Assembly: GCA_965216465.1 (NCBI GenBank)
Contig: CBDCFW010000006.1
Location: 480,001-544,000 of the forward strand
Direction: 5' to 3'
Length of the DNA: 64,000 bases
Source: Bacteroidia bacterium
GTDB taxonomy: Bacteria > Bacteroidota > Bacteroidia > NS11-12g > UBA9320
Shown: in pieces, positions 1 through 9,593 of the stretch
Layout: the number at the start of each line of letters is the position of its first letter
Numbering within the stretch: position 1 is the first letter of the stretch
Notes under the pieces: model-generated
Told to the model about the DNA's origin: nothing
Databases searched by the model: none
Seen by the model: only the letters and a program-made list of their open reading frames with translations
Position numbers and translations under genes: made by a program

Positions 1-1
1 A

Positions 2-1822
2 GCTAGAAATCTCCTCAGGAGCTTCTCCTGTTGTTGGATCTCCAAACTTCTCCTCATATTCTTCCTTTTCTCTGTTTGACAGCTCATGATATTTAATACC
101 TTCCCTAATGAATTTTACAGGCACTGAAATAGCCTTTGGTGGAACCAAAAACCCATCATTAACTGCCTGATCAAGTTCATAAGCATGAGTTGGATTGTCG
201 TCTTCAATTTCAAAAAGAGAATAGGTATTTCTATCAATCTCCTTTTTAGGCGTAGCAGTTAATCCAAGAAGAACTGAATCAAAGTAGTCAAAGATTGCAC
301 CATACTTTTGGTATACAGACCGATGTGCCTCATCTATAATGATGGCATCAAAATGACCAACTCCATAGAATCTGTTATCATTGCTTCTAACGGAATCTAT
401 CTTGTTCATGATCGTTGGATAGGTGCTAAACACTAACCTAGTTCCAGCATCCTCCTTCTCTTTGGTTAAGTCAATAGAGCTCAGGTGTGGTAAATGCTCA
501 TTAAAAGCATTCTTTGCTTGAGTAACTAACGCATTCCTATCTGCAAGAAACAAAATCCGCTTAGCCCAATTGGACTTGGTTAGCATATCTACGATTGCTG
601 CTGATGTTCTAGTTTTTCCAGAACCAGTGGCCATTACGAGTAACGCCTTTCTTGACCCTGCTCGCAGTAAACCTTTCTCATCCTGTTTTACAAACGACTC
701 TGCAACACGCTGAATAGCCTCCTTCTGATAGTATCTACCTGCAATGTCCTCATTTACCTTAAATGATCTAAGGTCTTTTCTAGTCTTTCTCCTATCAATA
801 GTTAATTGAAGCTCATCCTTCGAATAAAACCCTTGCACTTGTCTTTCAGGGTAAAATGTGTCATCCCATAAATAAGTCTCAAAACCATTGGTATAGAATA
901 TAATAGGTCTCTGACCATGCATTTGCTCCAAACAGTCTGCGTACAACGTAGCCTGATGTTTTCCTTTTCTAGCATCCACCATAGTCTTCTTGGCTTCAAC
1001 CACCGCAAGAGGTTTACCATCATCTCCCCACAGCGCATAGTCAACGTATCCTTTACCAGATGGATTGGTTGTTTTAGGCATACCCGAAACTTCATGCTCT
1101 AGTTCAAACCCATCTCTTAGATTATTCCAACCTGCTTCCTTTAGAGATTGATCTATATATAGCTTTCGAGTAAGACTTTCAGGGATAAGTTGAGGAACTA
1201 CCTTTTCGACCTCAACAACTCTTTCACGCTTTTCCTTTCTCTCCTTAACAGCAGATTGTTGCTCCTTCAGCTTCTGTTGTAAAGCTTCAATTTGTGCAGC
1301 TTGTTCTTTTAGTTTCCTTCTTTCTTCAACTGCTTGTTTTGTTTTAAGATGAAGCTGCTGCTCAAGTATTTTTAGTTCATCTTGCCTTTCCTTTTTTTGA
1401 TCACCCTTCGGTATGATCGACTCATTAAATGAAGGGATAACTGGTTCTTCTTTAGAGTAAAAAACTGCAACAAAACTTAAAAAACGAAATAAGTTCTTAA
1501 GAGCTGTTAGAGATTCCACTTTCCGAATGGCATTTCCATGGGCCGCATTGTTACCAAACTTTCTAATCAGGTTAATCTCCAGGAACATAGATGGTCTCAG
1601 AATGTCCTTAAAGCATTGTTCATGCATTAAAGCAGAGAGTCTTGTATCATAAGGTTCATGGAGATCTGGGTCGTTGGAATAAAGCCAATGAACAGTTTTC
1701 TCTAGAGCACTACGGCAGATAATAGCACACGCCTTAGGTGATATAAATGTTAAGTCTTCAGCTTCCTGTGCTTCAACATATATGGATTTCCATTCTGCTT
1801 GCAGAAATTTAAAGTTGCTCAT
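2..1822 (-). CDS. hsdR: Type I restriction enzyme R subunit (runs off the left window edge)
   Basis: Missing from the ORF track. Manual translation from ATG 1822 (MSNFKFLQAEW...) gives nuclease motif VDYALW..VVEAKK, Walker A MATGSGKT, IIIDEAHRS and GLTATP. Confidence 0.93.
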   Translation of the reverse strand, partial: MSNFKFLQAEWKSIYVEAQEAEDLTFISPKACAIICRSALEKTVHWLYSNDPDLHEPYDTRLSALMHEQCFKDILRPSMFLEINLIRKFGNNAAHGNAIRKVESLTALKNLFRFLSFVAVFYSKEEPVIPSFNESIIPKGDQKKERQDELKILEQQLHLKTKQAVEERRKLKEQAAQIEALQQKLKEQQSAVKERKEKRERVVEVEKVVPQLIPESLTRKLYIDQSLKEAGWNNLRDGFELEHEVSGMPKTTNPSGKGYVDYALWGDDGKPLAVVEAKKTMVDARKGKHQATLYADCLEQMHGQRPIIFYTNGFETYLWDDTFYPERQVQGFYSKDELQLTIDRRKTRKDLRSFKVNEDIAGRYYQKEAIQRVAESFVKQDEKGLLRAGSRKALLVMATGSGKTRTSAAIVDMLTKSNWAKRILFLADRNALVTQAKNAFNEHLPHLSSIDLTKEKEDAGTRLVFSTYPTIMNKIDSVRSNDNRFYGVGHFDAIIIDEAHRSVYQKYGAIFDYFDSVLLGLTATPKKEIDRNTYSLFEIEDDNPTHAYELDQAVNDGFLVPPKAISVPVKFIREGIKYHELSNREKEEYEEKFGDPTTGEAPEEISS

Positions 1823-1890
1823 TTCAATTAATATAAAATGTCTTTCGATTCATCTGAGGTTTCTTGAATACTCTTAACTCATTTTCTTGT

Positions 1891-2868
1891 TTACTCTGGT
1901 ATTAATGCTTTCTTAAATTTTAGTTTCCCAGCCAATTCATCATTGTCTTCCTCGTACATCAAGTCAAGAACTTTGTCGTATTGTTCAATAAAAATATCTA
2001 TGAACTGGTTGCCACTGATTAAGTTGATTGGCACTCTGGAAGGATCATTGGCACTTTCATATGCCTTTTTCTGGAAAGAGGAGAGAGTTATGAACGTTCC
2101 CTGATAGTCACGTTTTAATGCTCCTCTAAAATTACGTATCTCTTTCTCTGTTATTTTATTCTTCTCATAACGCTTTACTTGAACCTGGAGTTGAGTACTA
2201 GCAACACCTAACATGTCCAAAGTTCCTTCAAAGTCTATCCCACCATCACCAACTTTTCCGGTCTTCTGAGTTGCTTCAAACCCAATAGATTGCAAGACAT
2301 AAGCTACCAACATTTCAAATTCATCTGCATCCAGTGCTAAAAACTTATCCTTGACTACCTTGTATACCCCTTCTCTGTCAAAACTTAATTTTTTAACTGC
2401 AGCCTTTGGTGCCATAAATCCTGCAGCCACAGCAATTTCATCAACTTGAGATACATTATATACAGTCAGTGAGCTTTTCAAGGTATTCTGTAGTGGAATT
2501 GATAGTGAATACCTACTAACTACTTCGTCATTCCATTTCACTGGAATCCTGTAATTATATGGAGATGTTGCATCATTTTCAAAGAATGGGGCACCAGCGG
2601 CTTTTCCTACAAGTAAATTCCCATTGTTGTAAGGAGTGATGACAATATCACCCACATTAATCTTTGTAAGGAACCTAAATATCTGACCACAGTTTTGATT
2701 CAATGTGCCATCAGAATGATCTGAAAACTTTTTTCTGTAAGCCTCTTTAATTGTATCCTTATCATAATTCTCTAGTTCTTCTCGAAACCAACCAATCCCC
2801 ACATATCCATTCTCTCTAAAGGAATCTGTGTACCTTCCATATTCTGCTCTTACTACTATTACTTTCAT
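1891..2868 (-). CDS. Mrr-like (type IV) restriction endonuclease with N-terminal accessory domain
   Basis: C-terminal FEMLVAYVL..GF..GDGGIDF..VQVKRY..GTFITLSSF is the Mrr catalytic pattern; located inside the hsd operon. Confidence 0.8.
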   Translation of the reverse strand: MKVIVVRAEYGRYTDSFRENGYVGIGWFREELENYDKDTIKEAYRKKFSDHSDGTLNQNCGQIFRFLTKINVGDIVITPYNNGNLLVGKAAGAPFFENDATSPYNYRIPVKWNDEVVSRYSLSIPLQNTLKSSLTVYNVSQVDEIAVAAGFMAPKAAVKKLSFDREGVYKVVKDKFLALDADEFEMLVAYVLQSIGFEATQKTGKVGDGGIDFEGTLDMLGVASTQLQVQVKRYEKNKITEKEIRNFRGALKRDYQGTFITLSSFQKKAYESANDPSRVPINLISGNQFIDIFIEQYDKVLDLMYEEDNDELAGKLKFKKALIPE

Positions 2869-4022
2869 GTTAATTCTCCTCTAAACGCCTTCTGTAAAAG
2901 ACTGTTAAACAATTCTTCTGCTTTAATTAAGCTTTCTTGTGCTTGTGCTTTTTGTGCTACAATAGCTTGAACTCTTTCTGCAAATTGGTTTTGAAGTTTC
3001 AATTCAGGATAAAAGACTTTCATATTCTTTAATGCAACAATTTTTAATTCTGCAAAAGTTGTCCCTGAAGCAAAATTGTTATAGTTGGCAAAAAATGAAC
3101 CTTTTAAATGATACCTGAGGTAGGTACTATTCATTGTTGTAGAGTCAACCTCAACCCATAAAACTCTTCCATCTTTAAAATAAAATTCATTCTCATCATC
3201 AACAACCCAAATTCTTCCATCCGGACAAATAGATGGCATTAGTAAGTCTCCAATCTTTGGCACCCCTCTGGCTTCTTTAAGATTGTTATAGTGATCTTGA
3301 GTAATAAATAAGGAAGGTTCTATTGACTTTCCTTCTCCCAATTTTCCAACCTCTGTCCCTCTATAAAAGGGAATACCTTCTTCAACAAGTTCATCGACAA
3401 AAACTCTTTTGCTTGAACCTATACTACAAATATCTCCTAACCTAACTTCATTCCATCCCTTAGGGTTAGTTACAGGATCCCCAAACATATCCAGAAACAA
3501 ACTCTGAGTAAGCTCATCATACTTTGCGATAAGAGCTTTTGTTTTTTGTTTGTACTTATCTGCTATATCCAATATGGCCGCTATCTTTTTTTGTTGGTCT
3601 AGTGGGGGGAGATTAACAGGGAATGCATCAAATTTTTTCTTTGTTATATGCTTCATGGTAGCACCATGAACTTGTGATTCCAGTTTTTTCAGAGATGTAC
3701 TAATTAGGTGCTTGAAAAATGATTTATCAATATCCTCTTTATTAAATACAACTTTGAACAAATGTTGATTAAGCCACGCATCATCACTTTCCCACTCATA
3801 GACACCAAGTGAGCCAGACCATGAAATAAGAATATCTCCTTTTCTTACTTTATACTTATCAGCAAGCTCACCTTCAAAGTAGTTTATTTGAGCTGAACCT
3901 TTAGTTAAATTTTGAATTCTAATAATTTCACTACCCTCTGTGCTCCAATCAGAAGGTTTAAAAGCATATCCATTGTGAAATGTAGCCGTATCACCTAAAC
4001 CTATTTGCTTCCATTCACTCAT
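2865..4022 (-). CDS. hsdS: Type I R-M specificity subunit
   Basis: Two TRDs; conserved PPLDQQKKIAAILD, LFLDMFGDPVTNPKGW and LLQKAFRGEL segments; overlaps hsdM by 4 bp. Confidence 0.93.
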   Translation of the reverse strand: MSEWKQIGLGDTATFHNGYAFKPSDWSTEGSEIIRIQNLTKGSAQINYFEGELADKYKVRKGDILISWSGSLGVYEWESDDAWLNQHLFKVVFNKEDIDKSFFKHLISTSLKKLESQVHGATMKHITKKKFDAFPVNLPPLDQQKKIAAILDIADKYKQKTKALIAKYDELTQSLFLDMFGDPVTNPKGWNEVRLGDICSIGSSKRVFVDELVEEGIPFYRGTEVGKLGEGKSIEPSLFITQDHYNNLKEARGVPKIGDLLMPSICPDGRIWVVDDENEFYFKDGRVLWVEVDSTTMNSTYLRYHLKGSFFANYNNFASGTTFAELKIVALKNMKVFYPELKLQNQFAERVQAIVAQKAQAQESLIKAEELFNSLLQKAFRGELT

Positions 4023-5494
4023 GATAGAATCTCTTTTAAAGCAGTTAATGCTTCAGTTCTTTCCTTATCAAGAGTTTCAATCTCACTAATAATATCAGAT
4101 GGAGCCGCATATTCAATCTCTTCATACACAATTTCCTTGTACCGATTAATAGAAAGATCCCAGTCATTAGCCTCTATCTCATCAAAGGGAACTAAGAAAC
4201 TCTTATCCGTTCTTGCTCTGTCAGCTTCATCGGATAGGTTTTGATACCTTTCTAAGATGTCTGGTATATCATTCTCTTTAACTTCACTTCTCTTATCATC
4301 CAAGCTAAATCCATCAGCGTGCATATCATAGAACCAAACGTTGTCCGTGCCTCCTGATCCTGTTTTCGTAAAGATCAACACAGCAGTACTTACCCCTGCA
4401 TAAGGTTTAAATACTCCACTAGGCATTGAGATGACCGCATCTAATTTATGATTGGCTACTAATTCCTCTCTTATTTGTTTGTGTGCCTTCGAACTACCAA
4501 AAAGGACCCCGTCTGGAATGATAACAGCTGCACGGCCCCCTGTCTTTAGCATCCGCAAAACCAAACCTAAAAATAGAAGCTCAGTTTTTTTAGTCTTGAC
4601 GGTCTTAAGAATGGAACTGTCCACCGAATCGTAATCCAAACTTCCTTTAAATGGAGGATTTGCTAAGATTAATGAAAATTGATTTCTTAAATCTGCGTTA
4701 CTTTCACTCAATGCGTCTTTGCCAATTAAGCTAGGGTTTTCTATTCCATGTAATTGAAGGTTCATGGCTCCTATCCTTAACATGGTAGGATCAAACTCAA
4801 TCCCAGTAAACATGTCATTTTTGTAATGCTCTCTAAACCCTTTTTCATGGAACCAATCTGGATGCTTTTCATGTAAATATTCCCCAGCAGACACCAAAAA
4901 ACCCGCTGTACCTGAAGATGGATCACAAATGGTATCATCCTTAGCAGGTTGCACCATTTCTACCATCATCTTAATGATGTGACGCGGTGTTCTAAACTGT
5001 CCGTTTGTCCCTGCTGTAGCAATCTTTGATAAGAGGTATTCATAAAGATCTCCCTTCGTGTCTCTATCATCCATCTTAATCTTGTCAATCATCTGAATAA
5101 CTTGATCCAATAACCTAGGAGTAGGAATCATAAATGTTGCACCTTTCATATACTGTGCAAATACCCCAGCACTTGTTCCTACTTGCTTCATGTGATCAAA
5201 GACCGTCAAGTCATCTACCTGAGGTTTAATGAACAAATCAAACATAACCTCAGGATCTTCATTTTTAAACACATGCCAACGCAATCCGTTCTGTGCTTCT
5301 GAATACAATGAAATTGCAATAGGATTTCCAGTCATGTTGGCTTTCTTCTCTTCCAAAAGCTGTCTCTCATCCAACCTTCTAATGAAAAGTAGATAAGTGA
5401 ACTGTTCAATCACCGTAAGTGGATTACTAATTCCACCAGTCCAAAATGCTTCCCAGATCTTGTCAACCTGACTCTTAATTTCTCCAGTTATCAT
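4019..5494 (-). CDS. hsdM: Type I R-M N6-adenine methyltransferase
   Basis: GQFRTPRHI, DPSSGTAGFL (motif I) and LANPPF (motif IV). Confidence 0.95.
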   Translation of the reverse strand: MITGEIKSQVDKIWEAFWTGGISNPLTVIEQFTYLLFIRRLDERQLLEEKKANMTGNPIAISLYSEAQNGLRWHVFKNEDPEVMFDLFIKPQVDDLTVFDHMKQVGTSAGVFAQYMKGATFMIPTPRLLDQVIQMIDKIKMDDRDTKGDLYEYLLSKIATAGTNGQFRTPRHIIKMMVEMVQPAKDDTICDPSSGTAGFLVSAGEYLHEKHPDWFHEKGFREHYKNDMFTGIEFDPTMLRIGAMNLQLHGIENPSLIGKDALSESNADLRNQFSLILANPPFKGSLDYDSVDSSILKTVKTKKTELLFLGLVLRMLKTGGRAAVIIPDGVLFGSSKAHKQIREELVANHKLDAVISMPSGVFKPYAGVSTAVLIFTKTGSGGTDNVWFYDMHADGFSLDDKRSEVKENDIPDILERYQNLSDEADRARTDKSFLVPFDEIEANDWDLSINRYKEIVYEEIEYAAPSDIISEIETLDKERTEALTALKEILS

Positions 5495-5860
5495 TAAATT
5501 CTAATTGTTCTTTTTTAGTTACATAGCTAGAGCACAAATGCAGGTACTTAAGCCTAACCAGTGCCACATCTACTTCCTCCACAAGCTTTCCTAGATTAGA
5601 TTTCCCTGATTTAGTCAAACATAGCAAATTTAACCTGATACCAATTAACATGCTAAGAAATACACGATTGTTTTATTTCAAACTGTTCTGGTCCAACACT
5701 TCAACTCTGAGACGTTAACTTTGTCTGAAGATTTGTTATTGGAAAAGGACGATTGAATTTCCTGAGAATATTTACAGCCTCGAGTTCGTATTAGAGCAAA
5801 ATAGGGTTCTAGCCCCTCTGAAGCTAAGAAGTTTAAATGCTGTACCATTGTTGTACCTAC

Positions 5861-5900
5861 AAAAAATTAAGCCTTGCAACTCGATGATTTACAAGGCTTT
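5861..5900 (-). terminator. Intrinsic terminator after tmRNA
   Basis: aagccttg...caaggctt inverted repeat followed by a T-run on the minus strand. Confidence 0.6.
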
Positions 5901-5914
5901 AAGATAAGTATCTG

Positions 5915-6287
5915 TGGAGCTGCCGGGAGTCGAACCCGGGTCCGAATCGGAATAGAATTGCGCTTTCTACACGTTTATTGTTTCTTGATTTTCGAAGCAG
6001 GCCAGGTGAAACAATTACCCAATCTGCCCTTATCCTACATTATAAGTCCTAGCTTGGTAGAAATGGACCAGAACTATCTAAGCAGTGTCGACCGCTTGTA
6101 ACCCCTCGTCGCTTAGACAAAACTCGGGCAAGCGGATGGAAATTGTTTAATCACCTAGGATTAAGCAGCCATAGCGAAGTTGTTATCGCCTTCTATGTGT
6201 TGAAGGTTCAGATTTAAGAGCAACACCAACAACGCTCTACGTGCTTACACATCTATCGGCCAACCCGTCAAAAGCCAGAACAGCCCC
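5915..6287 (-). ncRNA. ssrA: tmRNA
   Basis: 5' GGGGCTG; 3' GACCCGGGTTCGACTCCCGGCAGCTCCA T-arm and acceptor stem; tag ORF 6190-6161 reads GDNNFAMAA*. Confidence 0.95.
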
Positions 6288-6377
6288 ATGTATAATTGTA
6301 AAAGAACGAATTACAAAAGTAAATGCAAAAACCAATCCGCGATTCTGCAATTCCTCTTTTTACATGAAAATTTTTAG

Positions 6378-6662
6378 TTATTCAGCACAATCAAACCAAC
6401 TTTGGAAGGTATGCTGGAAGTTTACCTGACTCTTCGTCACTTTAAACTTGTCGCCTTTCTTGATGTCATAGCGCACCAATTTGCCCATCTCCCTAGGCTG
6501 TTTATTTACAAAAATTGTGCACTGAGCAGCGTTCGAAGACGCCCAAATTATCCCGTCATGACCGGCAACATATTCTGTATCTTGCTCAATATCGTACCGC
6601 ACACAATCGCTCTGATCGTTACAAGCAAAGCATATCAATACTATAAAGAGCAGGTATTTCAT
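6378..6662 (-). CDS. Hypothetical lipoprotein
   Basis: MKYLLFIVLICFAC lipobox; overlaps the upstream gene stop. Confidence 0.6.
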   Translation of the reverse strand: MKYLLFIVLICFACNDQSDCVRYDIEQDTEYVAGHDGIIWASSNAAQCTIFVNKQPREMGKLVRYDIKKGDKFKVTKSQVNFQHTFQSWFDCAE

Positions 6663-7267
6663 TGCACCTTAATTGTGCAACCAATAGCTTTTGTCGTAGA
6701 TGGATTTGGAGCTTCTCCAGATTTCAAAGCTTCAATAGCATTAGCCAAGTAACGTTGCTCTACTTTTTCTGGCTTGTAAACATTGTCATCAATCGCCCCA
6801 ATGTATTTCACAACACGATTTTTGTCCAACAAGAAAGCATGAGGTGTTCTTGTAGCTCCATATTGCGGGAAAATCTTTTGTCCATCGTCAAATAAATAAG
6901 GGAAATTAAACCCTTTTTCAGCTGCTCTCACCTTCATCTTTTCAAAGCTATCCTCACCATTTACTGCAGGATCATTTGGATTAATTGCAATTACTGGATA
7001 TCCCTGTGGACCATATTCGTTCTGCAATTCGATGATACGATCTTCATATGCCTTAGAATAAGGACAGTGATTGCATGTGAAAATTACTATATATCCATTG
7101 GCTTCTTCAAATTCTGATAGAGAATGCATGGCATCATCAGTACCTTTCAATTCAAAATCCGTAGCCACATCACCGATGTGATAACCGTGGTCACCGTGAT
7201 TGGGAGCCATAAAGGCCATTAAAGCTAAACTTGTTAAGCCAAGAAATGTGTAAATCAATTTTTTCAT
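6659..7267 (-). CDS. Thioredoxin-family (AhpC/TSA-like) protein
   Basis: FTCNHCPY, YGATRTPH, YIGAIDD and AIGCTIK motifs; signal peptide. Confidence 0.88.
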   Translation of the reverse strand: MKKLIYTFLGLTSLALMAFMAPNHGDHGYHIGDVATDFELKGTDDAMHSLSEFEEANGYIVIFTCNHCPYSKAYEDRIIELQNEYGPQGYPVIAINPNDPAVNGEDSFEKMKVRAAEKGFNFPYLFDDGQKIFPQYGATRTPHAFLLDKNRVVKYIGAIDDNVYKPEKVEQRYLANAIEALKSGEAPNPSTTKAIGCTIKVQ

Positions 7268-7743
7268 TGTATTGCGTTTATATCGTTTTGTAATTCTGTT
7301 ATGCTATGGTACATTTTTTCGTGCTTGCCATAAACTTCACCCTTCCAAATTAACGTGTAAGGAATCGCTCCTGACCAGTTCGAATCGATTTCATTGATCC
7401 ATTTGTTGCTATCAGGATCCATTAAAACCACCATCTCAACATCATAACCTCGCTTTTTCATGAATGCTTCAGCGTTCTCAGCCTTAAAATCCAAGCTCAC
7501 CAAAACCATCTTAAATCGTTCATTTTCAACGATTTTGTTTAAGCTATCGAACAATGGAAGCTCTTGAACACATGGCCTACACCAGGTGGCCCAGAAATTC
7601 ACAACATAAGTCGTATCATTGTCTTTATTGAGGTAGTCGTTTGAGAAATTTTCAAAACTTTCATAGGTCTTTACTTGAGCATTGGACATAAATCCAAGGC
7701 TAACGATTAAGAGAAATAATCCAGTTCTGATCATTGCGTGCAC
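7264..7743 (-). CDS. TlpA-like disulfide reductase
   Basis: VNFWATWCRPC and WSGAIPYT motifs. Confidence 0.88.
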   Translation of the reverse strand: MHAMIRTGLFLLIVSLGFMSNAQVKTYESFENFSNDYLNKDNDTTYVVNFWATWCRPCVQELPLFDSLNKIVENERFKMVLVSLDFKAENAEAFMKKRGYDVEMVVLMDPDSNKWINEIDSNWSGAIPYTLIWKGEVYGKHEKMYHSITELQNDINAIQ

Positions 7744-7818
7744 AATATAAACATAAGCCTACAAGCTTTGTTCATCGATTCGATAGAATCTCGATTTCAA
7801 ACCATAATTTGACATAAC

Positions 7819-7854
7819 TTGAACCAGTTCAACTTTTTTCTTGAATCAGTTCAT
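7819..7854. promoter_or_regulatory. Tandem palindromic operator, putative site of the adjacent Crp/Fnr regulator
   Basis: TTGAACCAGTTCAA (7819-32) and TTGAATCAGTTCAT (7841-54), 22 bp apart. Confidence 0.55.
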
Positions 7855-7902
7855 TTTTCCCGAATAACAGGTCCGACACCTTTGTACTGGAAATTAAAAA
7901 TT

Positions 7903-8418
7903 ATGGCAACAAATAAGCAAAACGAACCTATTCCCTCTTCATTAACCCCTATTATCAACTTTGATGATCACATTCAAGGCAACTGGACCCAAGAGGAAAC
8001 CAACAACGTAAAAACGGTAGTTGACTTCTTCCAACACCTCATGAACGAGCACGATTACGACTACACGCTCAAGAATCATGACAAAGGACCTTACATCCAG
8101 CACAACCGAGCAATACCTACAGGAATTAAGGGGCTAATCTCATATGTTAAACAAATGGTGAAACGCTATCCCGATTACTCATTTGATGTTAAACACATTA
8201 TAGCCAGCGGTGATATGGTAGTACTTCACAGTCATACCACCCTCCAAGCCAAACACCGAGGAAACGAAAAGAAAGGCTTCATCATTACAGACACCTTCCG
8301 ATTAAATCAAGGAAAACTAGTAGAACATTGGGATGCCATCCAACCTATAGATGGAATGTCGCGTTTCATTTTCTTGCTCATTGGCGGACAGGTAAAAAAC
8401 AACCATTCCACTTTTTAA
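7903..8418 (+). CDS. SnoaL/NTF2-like protein
   Basis: YIQHN, IASGDMVVLHSH and DTFRL..GKLVEHWD motifs; start moved to ATG 7903. Confidence 0.85.
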   Translation: MATNKQNEPIPSSLTPIINFDDHIQGNWTQEETNNVKTVVDFFQHLMNEHDYDYTLKNHDKGPYIQHNRAIPTGIKGLISYVKQMVKRYPDYSFDVKHIIASGDMVVLHSHTTLQAKHRGNEKKGFIITDTFRLNQGKLVEHWDAIQPIDGMSRFIFLLIGGQVKNNHSTF

Positions 8419-8471
8419 GGTGAATTGAACATGTCTTTGTATTTTTGATTCGGAAGAGTCGAAAAGAAGAC

Positions 8472-9074
8472 ATGAACGAATTCAAACAGCAAATCAGGAA
8501 TAAGCTAAACACTAAGTTTAGAGAACTGCAATTGCCTGTTGATGAACAACTTATATCTGACTACATCAACATTCTTGAATTTCGTAAAGTCAAAAAGAAA
8601 CAGTTTATTGGTCAACCTGGATTCCCGCGTTTGCACGAAACTTACGTTGTTCAAGGTGCCTTTCGAGCCTTCTTTCTCGACGATGCTGGCAACGAGCAAA
8701 CCATTCAATTCGCCATCGACGATTGGTACATCAACGACCTGCGGAGCTATCTTTCGGGAGAATCCGCAACGTTATACATTGAAGCCTTAGAAGATTCCAT
8801 CATCGCGGACATTCCCAAATCAAAAATGGAAGAACTATGTGATCAATATCCGGCTCTCCAAAAATTGTATCGCATAACTGCCCAACGTGCTTTCGCTTAT
8901 GCTCAAAAACGTATGGTATCGAACCTTCAAAAATCTGCTGAAGAACGATACTCCGATTTCGAAGCGAACTACCCAGGTATGGTATTGCGTGTACCTCAAC
9001 ACGCCCTTGCCTCCTACCTAAATATGAGTCACGAATACCTGAGCAAGATTAGAAGCAAGCGAGTAAAAAGCTAG
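8472..9074 (+). CDS. Crp/Fnr-family transcriptional regulator
   Basis: cNMP-binding domain plus SAEERY..RVPQHALASYLNMSHEYLSKIR helix-turn-helix. Confidence 0.88.
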   Translation: MNEFKQQIRNKLNTKFRELQLPVDEQLISDYINILEFRKVKKKQFIGQPGFPRLHETYVVQGAFRAFFLDDAGNEQTIQFAIDDWYINDLRSYLSGESATLYIEALEDSIIADIPKSKMEELCDQYPALQKLYRITAQRAFAYAQKRMVSNLQKSAEERYSDFEANYPGMVLRVPQHALASYLNMSHEYLSKIRSKRVKS

Positions 9075-9124
9075 TTTTATCCAAGTTCATGCCAACCATT
9101 CTAAGAAGTGCCTAACTTAGCTAC

Positions 9125-9505
9125 ATGAAGAGGTTCAATAGTATATTTCTGACTTTACAGCTAATCTGTTGGATTGCCATGACCGTCGTTCAAGCCGATT
9201 CTTTCTTCATCAATCAATCACCTCGATGGTTTGAACTTTTAGGAATTGCATTGATCGTACAGGCGGTTGCAATCTCGATTTATACGTTTAATAAAAAACT
9301 AAAACTTAATCCCCTCTGGAGAAACCTATTCTTGGGTTCTGCTCTAATCTATGGAGCCTTGTTTTTAAGCAGCACAGATATCATTCACTCAAGGCTGTTA
9401 GACTCTATTCAAGGAGGAATGATGTCAATTCTTCTAACAAACCTCTTCTACTTCCTAACTGTTTTTCCAATTGTTCAGGAACTCAAAAAGAGTCTGAAGC
9501 AATAG
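9125..9505 (+). CDS. Hypothetical membrane protein (about 4 TM)
   Basis: Hydrophobic 126-aa ORF filling the intergenic space. Confidence 0.6.
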   Translation: MKRFNSIFLTLQLICWIAMTVVQADSFFINQSPRWFELLGIALIVQAVAISIYTFNKKLKLNPLWRNLFLGSALIYGALFLSSTDIIHSRLLDSIQGGMMSILLTNLFYFLTVFPIVQELKKSLKQ

Positions 9506-9593
9506 CATACCAAAATCTTATTAATTTTACCGCGGAGTTTACAAAAAACCATCTCACCAGATCTTCATTGAGCCCTGCTTATAAAGATAAACT

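Noticed and set aside
802-1102. Short ORFs of 97 and 61 aa
   Set aside because: Both lie inside hsdR, which the ORF track missed because it runs off the window.
2865-4022. Invertible hsdS shufflon
   Set aside because: Only one hsdS, with no spare TRD, flanking inverted repeats or invertase visible in the window.
5495-5860. Integrase remnant between hsdM and ssrA
   Set aside because: No recombinase motif recognisable in the frames I translated by hand.
5874-6429. Plus-strand ORFs of 75 and 62 aa
   Set aside because: Antisense to tmRNA.
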